Shown here: positions 54,170-64,000 of the stretch, piece after piece | Layout of the letters: the number at the start of each line of letters is the position of its first letter | Numbering within the stretch: position 1 is the stretch's first letter | DNA from: Candidatus Multivoradales bacterium | Lineage (GTDB): Bacteria; Acidobacteriota; Thermoanaerobaculia; Multivoradales; Multivoraceae | Direction of reading: 5' to 3' | Assembly: GCA_965223325.1 (NCBI GenBank) | Contig: CBDCWI010000002.1 | Location: forward strand, 1,920,001-1,984,000 | DNA length: 64,000 nucleotides | Position numbers and translations under genes: made by a program | The notes under the pieces: model-generated | Told to the model about the DNA's origin: nothing | Database searches by the model: none | Seen by the model: the letters and a program-made list of their open reading frames with translations, nothing else

Positions 54170-55630
54170 TCAGCGAAGAACCTCGCGGACGACCTCACCG
54201 TGCACATCCGTCAGGCGAAAGTCACGCCCCTGGTGCTGGTAGGTCAAGCGCTCGTGGTCGATTCCCAACAGGTGCAGGATGGTGGCGTTCAGATCGTGGA
54301 CGTGAACTCCCCCATCGACGATGTTGTAGCCGAAGTCGTCTGAGCTGCCGTAGCTCATGCCTGGTTTTGTGCCGGCACCGGCCATGAAAACGGTGAAGCA
54401 GCGGCCATGGTGGTCACGCCCGTAGTTGGTGTCGGTCAGCTTGCCCTGGCAGTAGACTGTGCGACCGAACTCGCCGCCCCAGACCACCAGGGTGTCTTCG
54501 AGCAGGCCGCGCTCCTCGAGATCTTTCACCAGGGCCGCGCTGGCGCGGTCGACGTCACGGCACTGGAGTCGCAAATCACTCGGCAGATCCCCGTGCTGGT
54601 CCCAACCGCGGTGGTAGAGCTGGATGAACCGAACATCACGCTCGGCCAGGCGCCGGGCCAAGACACAGTTCGCAGCGAATGTTCCAGGTGTGCGGGCATC
54701 TTCGCCGTAGAGGCTGAATGTGCTCTCGGGCTCGTCGCTCAAATCCACCAACCCGGGCACGGACGCCTGCATGCGATAGGCCATCTCGTACTGGGCAATA
54801 CGGGCCAGGATCTCGGGGTCGCCGAACGCGTCGTGCTGCTGCTGGTTGAGTTCTGCCAGCGCGTCGAGCATGCGCCGCCGTGACTGGCGGTCGATGCCTG
54901 GTGGATCGGAGAGGTAGAGCACTGGGTCCGCGGCCGAACGCAACTGCACCCCTTGATGCTCAGAAGGCAGGAACCCCGTACCCCACAGACGTTGGAAGAG
55001 TGCCTGCGACTCGCGCTTCGAGCTGCCTTGCGAAATCAGGACGATGAAGCCGGGCAGGTCTTCATTCTCGCTGCCAAGTCCGTAGCTCAACCAGGCGCCC
55101 AGACTCGGACGGCCGGGTTGTTGGTGGCCGGTCTGGAGGAAGGTGATTCCTGGATCGTGATTGATCGCTTCGGTGTTCATGGCCTTGAGAAAGCACAGTT
55201 TGTCGACCACTCCTGCGACGTTGGGCATGAGCTCACTGACCCAGGCGCCACTCTCGCCGTGCTGCGCGAACTCGAAGTTGGATGCGACGACCGGAAACTC
55301 CGCCTGGTTGGCGGTCATGCCAGTGACCCGCTGATCGCCTCTGATCGAGGCCGGCAGTTCGGTGCCATGCCGTTGTCTGAGTTGGGGCTTGTAGTCGAAC
55401 AGGTCGAGCTGCGACGGAGCACCCGACTGAAACAAATAGATGACCCGTTTGGCCCTGGGCGGATGATGGAAAGAGCCGAGGCTTCCGCGTGGACCGTCCG
55501 AGGCGGAGGCCTCGAGGCCGCCAGGCAGGAGGTAGGACAGCGCGGCGACGCCGATACCGGCACTCGACAGGCCAAAGAACTGCCGACGATTGATCAGGAG
55601 TGAGCCTTCGAGGCGTGGGTCGTGGGTCAT
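54170..55630 (-). CDS. DUF1501 family protein (Tat-exported, planctomycete-type)
   Basis: [53 protein letters not shown]. Confidence 0.93.
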   Translation of the reverse strand: MTHDPRLEGSLLINRRQFFGLSSAGIGVAALSYLLPGGLEASASDGPRGSLGSFHHPPRAKRVIYLFQSGAPSQLDLFDYKPQLRQRHGTELPASIRGDQRVTGMTANQAEFPVVASNFEFAQHGESGAWVSELMPNVAGVVDKLCFLKAMNTEAINHDPGITFLQTGHQQPGRPSLGAWLSYGLGSENEDLPGFIVLISQGSSKRESQALFQRLWGTGFLPSEHQGVQLRSAADPVLYLSDPPGIDRQSRRRMLDALAELNQQQHDAFGDPEILARIAQYEMAYRMQASVPGLVDLSDEPESTFSLYGEDARTPGTFAANCVLARRLAERDVRFIQLYHRGWDQHGDLPSDLRLQCRDVDRASAALVKDLEERGLLEDTLVVWGGEFGRTVYCQGKLTDTNYGRDHHGRCFTVFMAGAGTKPGMSYGSSDDFGYNIVDGGVHVHDLNATILHLLGIDHERLTYQHQGRDFRLTDVHGEVVREVLR

Positions 55631-55674
55631 GGTAGGCGGTGCTCCGTCAGCGGGCGATCGACTCCGCGAAGGTT

Positions 55675-58600
55675 CTACGGGCGATTCAACGTTTCGTCGA
55701 GGTTTAGGATGACGCTGGCCACCAGGGTCCAGGCAGCGAGTTCGACCGACGGCAAGTCGTCGGGGACCGCCGAATCGCCCACGTCGAGCAACTCTTCGGC
55801 AGCGCCAGGTGTGCTCTCGAAGTGTGCGAGTTGAACGGCTCTGAGCCTGCGCAGGGTTGCCACCTCTTTCTCGCTTGGCGGCCGCGACAAGACGATTTCG
55901 AAGGCCATTCGGAAGCGCTCCTCGTCGCCGGCGGGGCCTTCACTCAGCAGACGCTCGGCGAGCCCTCGCGCCGCCTCGACGTACTGCGGGTCGTTGAGCA
56001 GAGTCAGAGCTTGGAGTGGCGTGTTCGAAATCCCCCGCTTGACCGTACAGGTCTCGCGGTTCGGTGCGTCGAAGACCAGCATGTTGGGCGGCGGCACAGT
56101 GCGTTTCCAGAAGGTGTACAGGCTGCGTCGGTACAGATCTTCGCCCTCGCCTTGGGTGAACTCACTCGCCGAGAAGCGCCCGTCACTCTCGTAGCCGATC
56201 TCCTTCCACAAGCCCGGCGGCTGATACGGGTTGACTCCCGGCCCGCCGAGTTTCTCGACCAGGAGGTCCGCGTAGACCAGAGCACTGTCGCGAAGCACCT
56301 CGGCGTCGAGTCGGAAGCGCGATGCGCGCGCCAGCAGGCGATTCTCCGGATCGCGCTGCAGCAACTGTGGCGACACCGCAGCACTCTGGCGATAGGTCGC
56401 GGAGGTCACAATCAGACGTTGCAGCGCTTTCATATCCCACCCTGATGCGACGAACTCGGTTGCCAGCCAGTCGAGGAGTCCAGGATGCGAGGGCGCCTGG
56501 CCCTGGGTGCCGAAGTCCTCACTGGTCTTGACGAGTCCATGACCGAAAAAGCGCTGCCAAAGGCGGTTGACGGTGACGCGAGCGGTGAGCGGGTGCTGGG
56601 GGTCCACCAGCCAGCGGGCGAGGTCGAGGCGGGTGGCATTCGCACCATCGGCCACCGGTATCGACGGCAGAACAGCGGGCGTTGTCGCATGAACCTGCTC
56701 CCCAAGAAGGTCGTACTGGCCCCGCTCGAGGAGAAAGGTCGGGCGCGCCTTCTCTCGTTCCGCCATCACCATCGTCGTAGGGATGCTGGCGTCTAGCTCC
56801 TCGAGCTCCGCTTCGAGTGCCGCGAAGCGTTTCTCCTCGTTCGCGAAGCCGGGCCAGAGGTTGCGCCGGTAGTGACGGCGAAGACGGTTGGCTTCTTCCT
56901 CTGTCAGCTGCTCGTCACTTGTGGTGAGTAGCGTCTCGAGGGCGAAAGGGAGGACACCAGAGGTCTCCTGCTCGAGCACTGCTCGAAAGGGGGAACGCTC
57001 CGCAGGGTCCGTCGTCTCGGTCCAGATCTCGGCGAAGAGGTGATTGGCTCCGGATTCGAGATGTAGATCGAGGCGCCCCGCCCGGCAGTCCTCCTGATCG
57101 GGCTCTTCCTTCTCCGCCTCAGGCGCACTCTTCACCAGAGATCTGGACTTCGGCGGGCAGCTCGCCACCGGCTCGCCGTTGAGCCAGAACCGGTAGCCAT
57201 CTGCGGCGATCGAGAGAGTCGAAGTGCGCTCGGACGGAGCGTCGATCAGGCGGTAGAGCCTGGTGGTTCCGGGCGGAAAGAAGATCTCGGCTTCGAACGG
57301 ATCTCGAGCGTCCTCGGTCGCGAGCATCGCCGCAGCTGGCACCCAGACGAGTCGGCCGTCGTCGTAGCGTGCCTCGAGATCAGGCACGCCCGGCGCGTTC
57401 TCGGGCGGCTCGAAGTCGGGGTAAGGGCCACTCCAAGACCAGCCCGAGCGTTCACCAAGGGCCAAAGCTGGGTCATTCGAAAGCGCCAGCCGAAAACGGC
57501 CGATGACGCGCTGGGCGAACTGGGAGTTGTGGTGCAAACGCACTCGAATGCGTGAACCGGCAGGTGCGTCGAAGGGTTCCTGTGCAAAAAAGACCGCGAC
57601 ACGCTTGGTCTCCTTGCCGGCGAAATCGGCTGACCAGCCCGTCGTTTCGCCCTCGTCGATGGCTAGGGCGACAGGTGTTGCGGGATGGCGGTGATCGGCC
57701 ATGGCAAAGGCGAATTCGATCGGCTCACCGAAGGGCTCACCCGGCATCGCCACCGCGACCTCGAACGTCGTCAGGGTGAACGTGCCTTCTCCAACCGACC
57801 GGCCAATCCCGCCTTCGGGCAACCGGTCGTCGCGAAGAGCCTCGAGGCGAAGAGCACGAATGCCGGTCGCGGAGACATCTGCGATGACCTCGAGTGTGTC
57901 AGTGTCAGGGTTGGGACCGACAACCAGAACCGAGCCGTCGGCTCTGTACTCGAACTCCGCCCCGTTCTCTGAGACCAGCTCGCCGGGAACGATGGACTGC
58001 CAGCGCCTCGAGAGCTCGCGCTGCCAATCCTTTCGCCACTGCTCCATCGCGCGGTCGACCTCAGGCTTCGGGTCGTCGAGCAGGCTGTAGAGCGGAGCGA
58101 GGTCTTCGAGCAGGCGGTTACGGGCGAGCTGCTGCGCCTCGTCGGGCGCAAGCAGGTACGGCTCAGCGTTCCCGTCCATCCCGTCCAGGCCTTCTTCATC
58201 GATCGAGTTGAAGAAGGCCGCCAGCTGGTAGTACTCGAGCTGCGAGATCGGGTCGTACTTGTGGTCGTGGCACTTGGCGCAGCCGACGGTCATGCCGAGC
58301 CACACGGTCGCTGTCGTATCGACACGATCGAAGACGTACTGGGTTCGGTATTCCTCGGGTATCGCACCACCCTCGAAGTTGATCATGTGGTTGCGGTGAA
58401 ACCCGGTGGCCACGAGCTGCTCGTGCGTTGGCTCAGGCAACAGGTCGCCCGCTAACTGATCGATCGTGAACTGGTCGAAAGGCTGGTTGTCGTTGAAGGC
58501 GTCGATCACCCACTCACGCCAGCGCCACATGAACCGCTCGTTGTCGATGTGGTACCCATTGGTGTCGGCGTAGCGCGCCGCATCGAGCCAGTAGCGCGCA

Positions 58601-59715
58601 GCATGCTCACCGTAGCGCGGCGATGCCAACAGCCGATCCACGAGTCGCTCGTAGGCGTCTGCGCGCAAGTCGCCGAGGAAGACCTCGACCTCGCCTGTGG
58701 TTGGAGGCAGCCCTGTCAGGTCGAGGCTGAGCCGACGGATGAGAGTCCGACGGCTGGCTTCAGGTGACGGGCTGAGCCCCTCATCGTGGAGTCGCGCGAG
58801 GACGAACCTGTCGATGGGATTGCGCACGCCGGCATCGTTAGCCAGAGTTGGCGGTCGGGGCCGCTCGGGCGGCACGAAGGCCCAGTGTGGTTGCCACTCT
58901 GCACCTTGCAGAATGAAGGCCGCCAGCTGCTCGACTTCGCGGTCGCTGAGCTGGTGTTCTGGCCCCTCGGCGGGAGGCATGCGGTCTCTGGGATCGAGCG
59001 CTGCAATACGGTGGAAAAGCTGGCTGCTGGCGAGATCGCCAGGGGTGACGGCACGACGCCCCGAAGGCAGGACCGCAAGAGCACCTTCTCGGGTGTCGAG
59101 GCGAAGGCCAGCCTCACGCGCCTCTTCATCAGGCCCATGGCATTCGTAGCAGTGCTTGGAAAGAAGCGGTCTGACGTGCTGGTTGAAGCTCACCGGCTCG
59201 GCCGCCTCGAAGTCGCTCACTGCAAGGTGGGTGACCCGTGGCACCTCACGCGCCGAAACCCTTACCGCGGCTTTCAGTTCATGGCCTGGACCGTCCGGCC
59301 ACAGCGCTCCGGCGTCGAGCCAGGCAGAAAGAGTGGCGATTTCTGCATCTTCGAGCGGCCGTGGCGGTGGCATCTCCAGCCCACCGTCGCGAAGCACCGC
59401 CTGAAACAGCAGCGACTCACTGGCCGACCCCGGAACGATGGCGGGGCCGCTCTCACCTCCCACTAGCATCGCCGGCCTGGAATCGAGGCGGAGCCCGCCG
59501 CGCTGACGAAGCGGGCCATGGCAAGCGAAACAGTTGCGCTCGAGGATGGGTGCTACCTGGGCGGCAAAGAACGCTTCATCGGAAGCCGGGCGAGGTTCCT
59601 GAGCCATCGGCACACCAGCGACTCCTGCGATGAGGAGCAGCAGGGCAAAGACGACCGCTCGCCACGGGCAGGGATCCTGGCCCGAGAGGATGAGTTGGTT
59701 CGAGGGTCGCGGCAT
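55675..59715 (-). CDS. Planctomycete cytochrome c (PSCyt1) plus DUF1549/DUF1553 (PSD1) domain protein
   Basis: CxxCH x3 (CFACH, CYECH, CAKCH); [42 protein letters not shown]. Confidence 0.93.
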   Translation of the reverse strand: MPRPSNQLILSGQDPCPWRAVVFALLLLIAGVAGVPMAQEPRPASDEAFFAAQVAPILERNCFACHGPLRQRGGLRLDSRPAMLVGGESGPAIVPGSASESLLFQAVLRDGGLEMPPPRPLEDAEIATLSAWLDAGALWPDGPGHELKAAVRVSAREVPRVTHLAVSDFEAAEPVSFNQHVRPLLSKHCYECHGPDEEAREAGLRLDTREGALAVLPSGRRAVTPGDLASSQLFHRIAALDPRDRMPPAEGPEHQLSDREVEQLAAFILQGAEWQPHWAFVPPERPRPPTLANDAGVRNPIDRFVLARLHDEGLSPSPEASRRTLIRRLSLDLTGLPPTTGEVEVFLGDLRADAYERLVDRLLASPRYGEHAARYWLDAARYADTNGYHIDNERFMWRWREWVIDAFNDNQPFDQFTIDQLAGDLLPEPTHEQLVATGFHRNHMINFEGGAIPEEYRTQYVFDRVDTTATVWLGMTVGCAKCHDHKYDPISQLEYYQLAAFFNSIDEEGLDGMDGNAEPYLLAPDEAQQLARNRLLEDLAPLYSLLDDPKPEVDRAMEQWRKDWQRELSRRWQSIVPGELVSENGAEFEYRADGSVLVVGPNPDTDTLEVIADVSATGIRALRLEALRDDRLPEGGIGRSVGEGTFTLTTFEVAVAMPGEPFGEPIEFAFAMADHRHPATPVALAIDEGETTGWSADFAGKETKRVAVFFAQEPFDAPAGSRIRVRLHHNSQFAQRVIGRFRLALSNDPALALGERSGWSWSGPYPDFEPPENAPGVPDLEARYDDGRLVWVPAAAMLATEDARDPFEAEIFFPPGTTRLYRLIDAPSERTSTLSIAADGYRFWLNGEPVASCPPKSRSLVKSAPEAEKEEPDQEDCRAGRLDLHLESGANHLFAEIWTETTDPAERSPFRAVLEQETSGVLPFALETLLTTSDEQLTEEEANRLRRHYRRNLWPGFANEEKRFAALEAELEELDASIPTTMVMAEREKARPTFLLERGQYDLLGEQVHATTPAVLPSIPVADGANATRLDLARWLVDPQHPLTARVTVNRLWQRFFGHGLVKTSEDFGTQGQAPSHPGLLDWLATEFVASGWDMKALQRLIVTSATYRQSAAVSPQLLQRDPENRLLARASRFRLDAEVLRDSALVYADLLVEKLGGPGVNPYQPPGLWKEIGYESDGRFSASEFTQGEGEDLYRRSLYTFWKRTVPPPNMLVFDAPNRETCTVKRGISNTPLQALTLLNDPQYVEAARGLAERLLSEGPAGDEERFRMAFEIVLSRPPSEKEVATLRRLRAVQLAHFESTPGAAEELLDVGDSAVPDDLPSVELAAWTLVASVILNLDETLNRP

Positions 59716-60005
59716 GGCTGGAGAGTCCTAACAGGGTTCGAGATGACTGGCTGTCAAGTACCTCGAATCTACAACCAGGGGCTTCACTCCAGCCATTCAC
59801 CTCGCCGCCGCTCGACCAGGGCCCTCTTCGCTCTCAGCTTCAGCTGCACTCGGTTCACCTTCTCCCATGAGCTTCGTAGCCGCTCACCGGCTGGTTCAGC
59901 AGGATGACATGAGTGCCGAACTTCTCCGACGAGATCCGGCAGGTTGCATTGGCTCTTGCTGGCTTGGGGGGTCGTCATCGGAACCACTATGGGCGGTCAA
60001 GAAGT

Positions 60006-60614
60006 TCACAGCTCGCCGTGAACAACGGACGTCGTAGGAACGGTGTCGGTGGCGCCGCCTTTGCCCTCCAGACCGGGAGCGAGGAGGTCCTCGAGAAAGA
60101 ACGCGGAGAGCTCGGCCCGACCGCTCAGCCCGGACTTTCGGTAGACGGCAATCGAGTGTTGACGGGCCGTACGCTCGCTCTTGCCCGTCAATCGAGCAAT
60201 CTCCTTGTGGCTCAGCCCCTTGAGCAGCAGGACGGCGGCTTGCCGCTCGGCCGGGGTCAGCCCCCAATCGCGGAGCTGTCGATCGATCTCTTCACCCAGG
60301 CCAACTACCAGTTTGCGGGCACGAGCCCGCCACAAATCGCGCTCTTTCAGGTGCCGCTCAAGCGTTGCCGAGGCGAACTCGAGCGACTGCCGTGCGCCAT
60401 GCCAGGCACGCCACAGGTAACTCGCTGTTCCCAGGCTCAGTAGCATGATCGTGACCTCGAACAGCACATGGAACGAAAAGATCGTGTCGGGGTTGTCGAA
60501 CGCGAGGTCGACGACACCGCCAATCGCAATCGCGCTCAACAGAGCGGCCAGCAGCAGGTAGAGACGAGCCGGTTCGGTGTGACGATCCACAGAAACCTCG
60601 CAGAGCCGGACCAT
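60006..60614 (-). CDS. Membrane-anchored LuxR-type HTH regulator
   Basis: Two TM helices, then WGLTPAERQAAVLLLKGLSHKEIA...TARQH...YRKSG; no receiver domain. Confidence 0.87.
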   Translation of the reverse strand: MVRLCEVSVDRHTEPARLYLLLAALLSAIAIGGVVDLAFDNPDTIFSFHVLFEVTIMLLSLGTASYLWRAWHGARQSLEFASATLERHLKERDLWRARARKLVVGLGEEIDRQLRDWGLTPAERQAAVLLLKGLSHKEIARLTGKSERTARQHSIAVYRKSGLSGRAELSAFFLEDLLAPGLEGKGGATDTVPTTSVVHGEL

Positions 60615-60762
60615 AGGTCATTTGACGGAGCCCCAGAAACTGGTCGTTTCCCAGGGACAGCTAGAGCGCTTGGCGGATTCCCCATTGTAGGCCACGCATC
60701 TAACCTGCATTGATCCTTGGGACCACCGGTCCCCTGGGTTCAACGACCAATCGTGCCCGAAG

Positions 60763-62154
60763 ATGACGTCCCCGCCGAAACCGAAACCGAAACCGAGCCC
60801 GGTCCGGGCTGCGACCGTGCTCTTCTGTCTCGGTACCACGACAGCCGGCCTGGCGCTTGGCTCGTCGAACGAAGGGGCTCCTACGATCGCCCCTGCCGCG
60901 CTCGACGCCGCTCAGCCGGTTGGTGCAGCGCAGGCCCTGGACGCCCTGATGACACGTGCTCGGCAGAGCAACCTCGCGAGGTACCGCGCCGCCCACCTCG
61001 ATCTCGAACGAGCCGAGCGCGCACTCATGACGACAGTCGACCCCTCTCACCTCGAACTGCAATCCGAGGGGCTCGGAGATTCCCTTTCCCGAGAGCCCAA
61101 CGCGATCGACACCATTCGTTGGATCCGCCCGGTCGCGGCTCCGTGGCGGGCTCCTGCCCGCCGCGACGCGCGAACAGCTCTCGAGCGTTGGCACCGTGCC
61201 GAAAGCCAGCTGAGGGCGACAGACGTAGCAGCCGAGGTTGCCGACCTGTGGTTGAACTGGGCCGCCCACCAGGCCAATTTGAAGGTGCGAGAAGATCGGT
61301 TGCAGCGCATTGAGCGAGCGCTGCGGGTTTTTGAGGCACGATTCGAACGCGGCGAGGTCGCGGGTACCGAGGTCCGTCAGCTCGAAGCACAACGAGCGGA
61401 AGACTTGGCAGCCGTGCTCGAAGAACGGCTGCGGAGCAACGAACATCGCCTTACGCTCGAAAGCTGGCTGGCCGTTCCGCCACCACCACCCCGGCCCTAT
61501 AGCCTCTCCCAGTTGCAGGGCTGGCTCGAGGCCACGATTCGCCAGGACCACTCGGAGTCCCGCCCCTCGCAGCAGATCGAGCGCATCCAGGCGCGCGCCG
61601 ATCTCGATCAAGCACTGGCCCGCTTGCGCGAGAAAACCGCCTCGGGGAACCCTGCCGTCACGCTCGAGTTCGAACGGATCCCGGCGCTCGATGGCGCTCG
61701 TGCGGTCGAAGCACTGGGAGTTCAGGTCAGCATTCCGCTGTCTTTCGGGCGCGACGTGCGCGAGCGAAGAGGCGCGGCCCGACGCAACGCCGACCTGGCC
61801 GCAGTGACGGCATCCAGGAGTCAGGCCGCGCTAGCGCGTGACCTGGAGCTATGGAGTTCGCGGCGCGTCTCTGCCGCCGAGGGATTAAAGGACCTCCGAT
61901 CCGCCGTCGAGCGTCTCCCGCGCACGGAGCACTCGCTCTCCGAGCAGTTCCGCCTCGGTGCCATCACCTACGTCGTCTTTCTCGACGGCCTCGCCAGGCT
62001 CGACGACGTTCGTCTGCGCGAGATCGAACTCCAGACCCTGTTCTTGCGATCTAGCATCGCGCTCGCCCGTCTCAGCGGAAATGCCAGCCACTTTCCACTG
62101 GGTCCGTTCGACCCGACGTCCGGATCTCGATCCGCACCTGAGGAGAAGCCATGA
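60763..62154 (+). CDS. TolC/CzcC-like outer membrane efflux protein
   Basis: Signal peptide; helical repeats with RFERGE and QFRLGAI; GVQVSIPL; first gene of the RND operon. Confidence 0.82.
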   Translation: MTSPPKPKPKPSPVRAATVLFCLGTTTAGLALGSSNEGAPTIAPAALDAAQPVGAAQALDALMTRARQSNLARYRAAHLDLERAERALMTTVDPSHLELQSEGLGDSLSREPNAIDTIRWIRPVAAPWRAPARRDARTALERWHRAESQLRATDVAAEVADLWLNWAAHQANLKVREDRLQRIERALRVFEARFERGEVAGTEVRQLEAQRAEDLAAVLEERLRSNEHRLTLESWLAVPPPPPRPYSLSQLQGWLEATIRQDHSESRPSQQIERIQARADLDQALARLREKTASGNPAVTLEFERIPALDGARAVEALGVQVSIPLSFGRDVRERRGAARRNADLAAVTASRSQAALARDLELWSSRRVSAAEGLKDLRSAVERLPRTEHSLSEQFRLGAITYVVFLDGLARLDDVRLREIELQTLFLRSSIALARLSGNASHFPLGPFDPTSGSRSAPEEKP

Positions 62155-63374
62155 AACTCGGGAGGCCCGCGCGTGCGCTCTACTTTGCTGTGGCCGACCG
62201 CGCTGCGCTGGGACTGACCGCCATCGCCTCGAGCCTCCTGGCGATCGGGCTCATCGGCCCGCCTTCGGCTGGCCAGGGCTCGCCCTCTCGAACCATCGAG
62301 CTGAATTCCACTGAACTCGAGCGTGCTGGAATCGTGACCACGGCCGTGAGGGCTAATGACTCCCAGCGCATCGTACGCGTGGTCGGCCAGGTCGTGCGAT
62401 CGCCGGACGCTACTCACGCGGTGCGCAGCCCGGTCGAGGGTCGCGTCGAGAGTCTCCTCGTCACTCCGGGCACCGTTGTTCGCCGAGGGCAGCTCTTGAT
62501 GACGCTGCACTCGCACCGTGTGCACGAAGTCTCAGCGAATCTGAGACTCGCAAAGAGCGAGCTCGAGATCGCGCGCAACCGCCTCGAAGCCGGTCGCCAA
62601 CTCCTCGAACTAGAGGGGATCAGTCGTCTCGAGCTCGAGAGGCGGGAGCAGGAGGCTCTTCGTGCGGACCTTGCCGTCCAGGCCCTGGTCGTCGATATGG
62701 AAGACGTGGGACTGACTCGCGAAGAGATCGACGCCATGTCCGTTGGGTCGCTCCATGGCGAGCTTCCCGTACGCGCCCGAGTCGCAGGAACCGTGCTCGA
62801 TCTGCACGTTGCCACCGAAGCCAGGGTGCTGCCGTGGGAGCCGCTTCTGTCGATCGGCAAGTCGGAGAGCCTGGAACTCGATCTCCAGGTGCAGCCGAGT
62901 CTCTCGCAGGGAATTCGGCCTGGAGATCAGATGCGATTCGCACCGGTCGGTAGCGAAGCCTGCTGCGACGCAGTGGTCCTGACACGGATTCCACAGGTCG
63001 ATCCGACCACCCGAACGGTCAAGGTGCGCGCACAGGTGACCGGCTCCACGACGGGCCTGGTGGCCGGCATGTTCGTCGAAGGCAAGCTGACCAGCAGTGG
63101 TCCGGGACGAGCGGGGCAGTCCTCCGCAACTCTTGTGCCCGCCGGCGCCATCCTTCGACTCGATGGCGAGGACGTCGCGTTCGTGCTCGAAAGGCCCGGA
63201 AGATTCAGACCGACGCCGGTTGAGGCCGGCGCGTTCGACGGCACGCACTACCAGATCAACAACGGTCTATCGGTCGGGCAACAAGTCGTTGTCGAAGGCA
63301 CCTTCCTTCTCAAGTCGAAACTTCTGCGCGACGCGAGTGCGGAAGGTGACGCCGGCCGTGGAGACCCACCGTGA
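62151..63374 (+). CDS. RND efflux periplasmic adaptor (CzcB/CusB-like)
   Basis: VRSPVEGRV, VDPTTRTVKVR, GMFV, GLSVGQQVVVEGTFLLKS; ATGA overlap. Confidence 0.9.
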   Translation: MKLGRPARALYFAVADRAALGLTAIASSLLAIGLIGPPSAGQGSPSRTIELNSTELERAGIVTTAVRANDSQRIVRVVGQVVRSPDATHAVRSPVEGRVESLLVTPGTVVRRGQLLMTLHSHRVHEVSANLRLAKSELEIARNRLEAGRQLLELEGISRLELERREQEALRADLAVQALVVDMEDVGLTREEIDAMSVGSLHGELPVRARVAGTVLDLHVATEARVLPWEPLLSIGKSESLELDLQVQPSLSQGIRPGDQMRFAPVGSEACCDAVVLTRIPQVDPTTRTVKVRAQVTGSTTGLVAGMFVEGKLTSSGPGRAGQSSATLVPAGAILRLDGEDVAFVLERPGRFRPTPVEAGAFDGTHYQINNGLSVGQQVVVEGTFLLKSKLLRDASAEGDAGRGDPP

Positions 63375-64000
63375 GGCGACTGGTCGAGGTTGCACTCGAG
63401 CATCGACCCGTGGTTCTGGCCTTCGCCGCCCTTCTCGCCGTCGGCGGCTTGACCGCCATCCGAGAGCTGCCGATCGACGCGTTCCCCGACGTGACGAACA
63501 TTCAGGTCACCGTCATCTCGCAGGCTCCTACTCTGTCGCCGCTCGAGATGGAGCAGCTCGTGACCTACCCTATCGAGCAAGCATGCTCGGGCTTGCCGTA
63601 CTCGACGGAGATTCGTTCGCTCTCCAAGTTCGGGCTGTCGATGGTGACAATAGTTTTCGAGGACGGAACCGACATCTACTTCGCCCGTCAGCTGGTGATG
63701 GAGCGGATGCTGTCGGCCCGCGAAGAGCTGCCCGAACAGGTCTCGTCTTCCTTGGGACCGATCTCGACTGGGCTCGGCGAGGTCTTCCAGTACACGCTCG
63801 AAAGCGACGAACGCGACTTGACGGAGCTTCGGACGTTGCACGACTGGGTGGTCCGCCCCGTCCTTCGAACCGTTCCGGGGACTGCCGGCGTCGACTCGTT
63901 TGGCGGCTTCGTGAAGCAACATCACGTGGTCGCGGACCCGAACGCGCTGCGTCATCAGGGACTGACGCTCAACGATCTGGCCGAGGCGGTGGCGTCGGGA
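63371..64000 (+). CDS. CusA/CzcA heavy-metal RND permease (5' part, runs off the window)
   Basis: GTG start; MRRLVEVAL...LPIDAFPDVTNIQV...EQLVTYPIE...RSLSKFGLS...DIYFARQLV...LGPISTGLGEVFQY. Confidence 0.93.
   Translation, partial: MRRLVEVALEHRPVVLAFAALLAVGGLTAIRELPIDAFPDVTNIQVTVISQAPTLSPLEMEQLVTYPIEQACSGLPYSTEIRSLSKFGLSMVTIVFEDGTDIYFARQLVMERMLSAREELPEQVSSSLGPISTGLGEVFQYTLESDERDLTELRTLHDWVVRPVLRTVPGTAGVDSFGGFVKQHHVVADPNALRHQGLTLNDLAEAVASG

Noticed and set aside
59784-59987. 67-aa minus-strand ORF between the LuxR and PSD1 genes
   Set aside because: No clear RBS or recognisable motif; cannot be supported
60775-60800. CCGAAA hexamer repeat (PKPKPK) at the start of the TolC gene
   Set aside because: Short in-frame low-complexity tract in the signal n-region; it cannot cause phase variation

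Overview
GC-rich bacterial chromosomal window with about 40 intact CDSs and no rRNA, tRNA or CRISPR array that I can detect. Gene content suggests an Acidobacteriota genome, possibly Thermoanaerobaculia-like (inference). The indicators are a PadR plus duplicated MacB/FtsX orphan permease, a BNR/VPS10 glycosyl hydrolase, a PSD1/DUF1553 plus DUF1501 pair, and a giant secreted protein ending in a 'GFESGD..W' tail. Most genes are accessory and many are exported: hydrolases (Ntn acylase, three phosphoesterases, serine hydrolase, S41 peptidase), redox and lipid enzymes, one-component regulators with visible candidate operators, an L,D-transpeptidase, an APC permease and the start of a czcCBA/cusCBA-like RND operon. 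Best leads: (1) an HUH/Y1 (RAYT-like) transposase bracketed by inward-facing arrays of a non-canonical CAGTYGGGGGGA-TTT motif with about 60-65 bp spacing and G-quadruplex-type tracts; (2) a near-consensus sigma70 promoter with a Fur-like box, followed by a three-hairpin leader or sRNA before a hemerythrin gene; (3) a 2341-aa secreted protein with a Cys-bracketed cationic helix and an Ig domain split by a ~630-aa insert; (4) a probably leaderless BlaI / BlaR-ankyrin / S41 operon; (5) a Tat-exported PLP enzyme plus FAD oxidase pair; (6) several decayed genes, including a collapsed CmcI-TylF methyltransferase chimera. All product calls come from motif recognition only; no searches were run.
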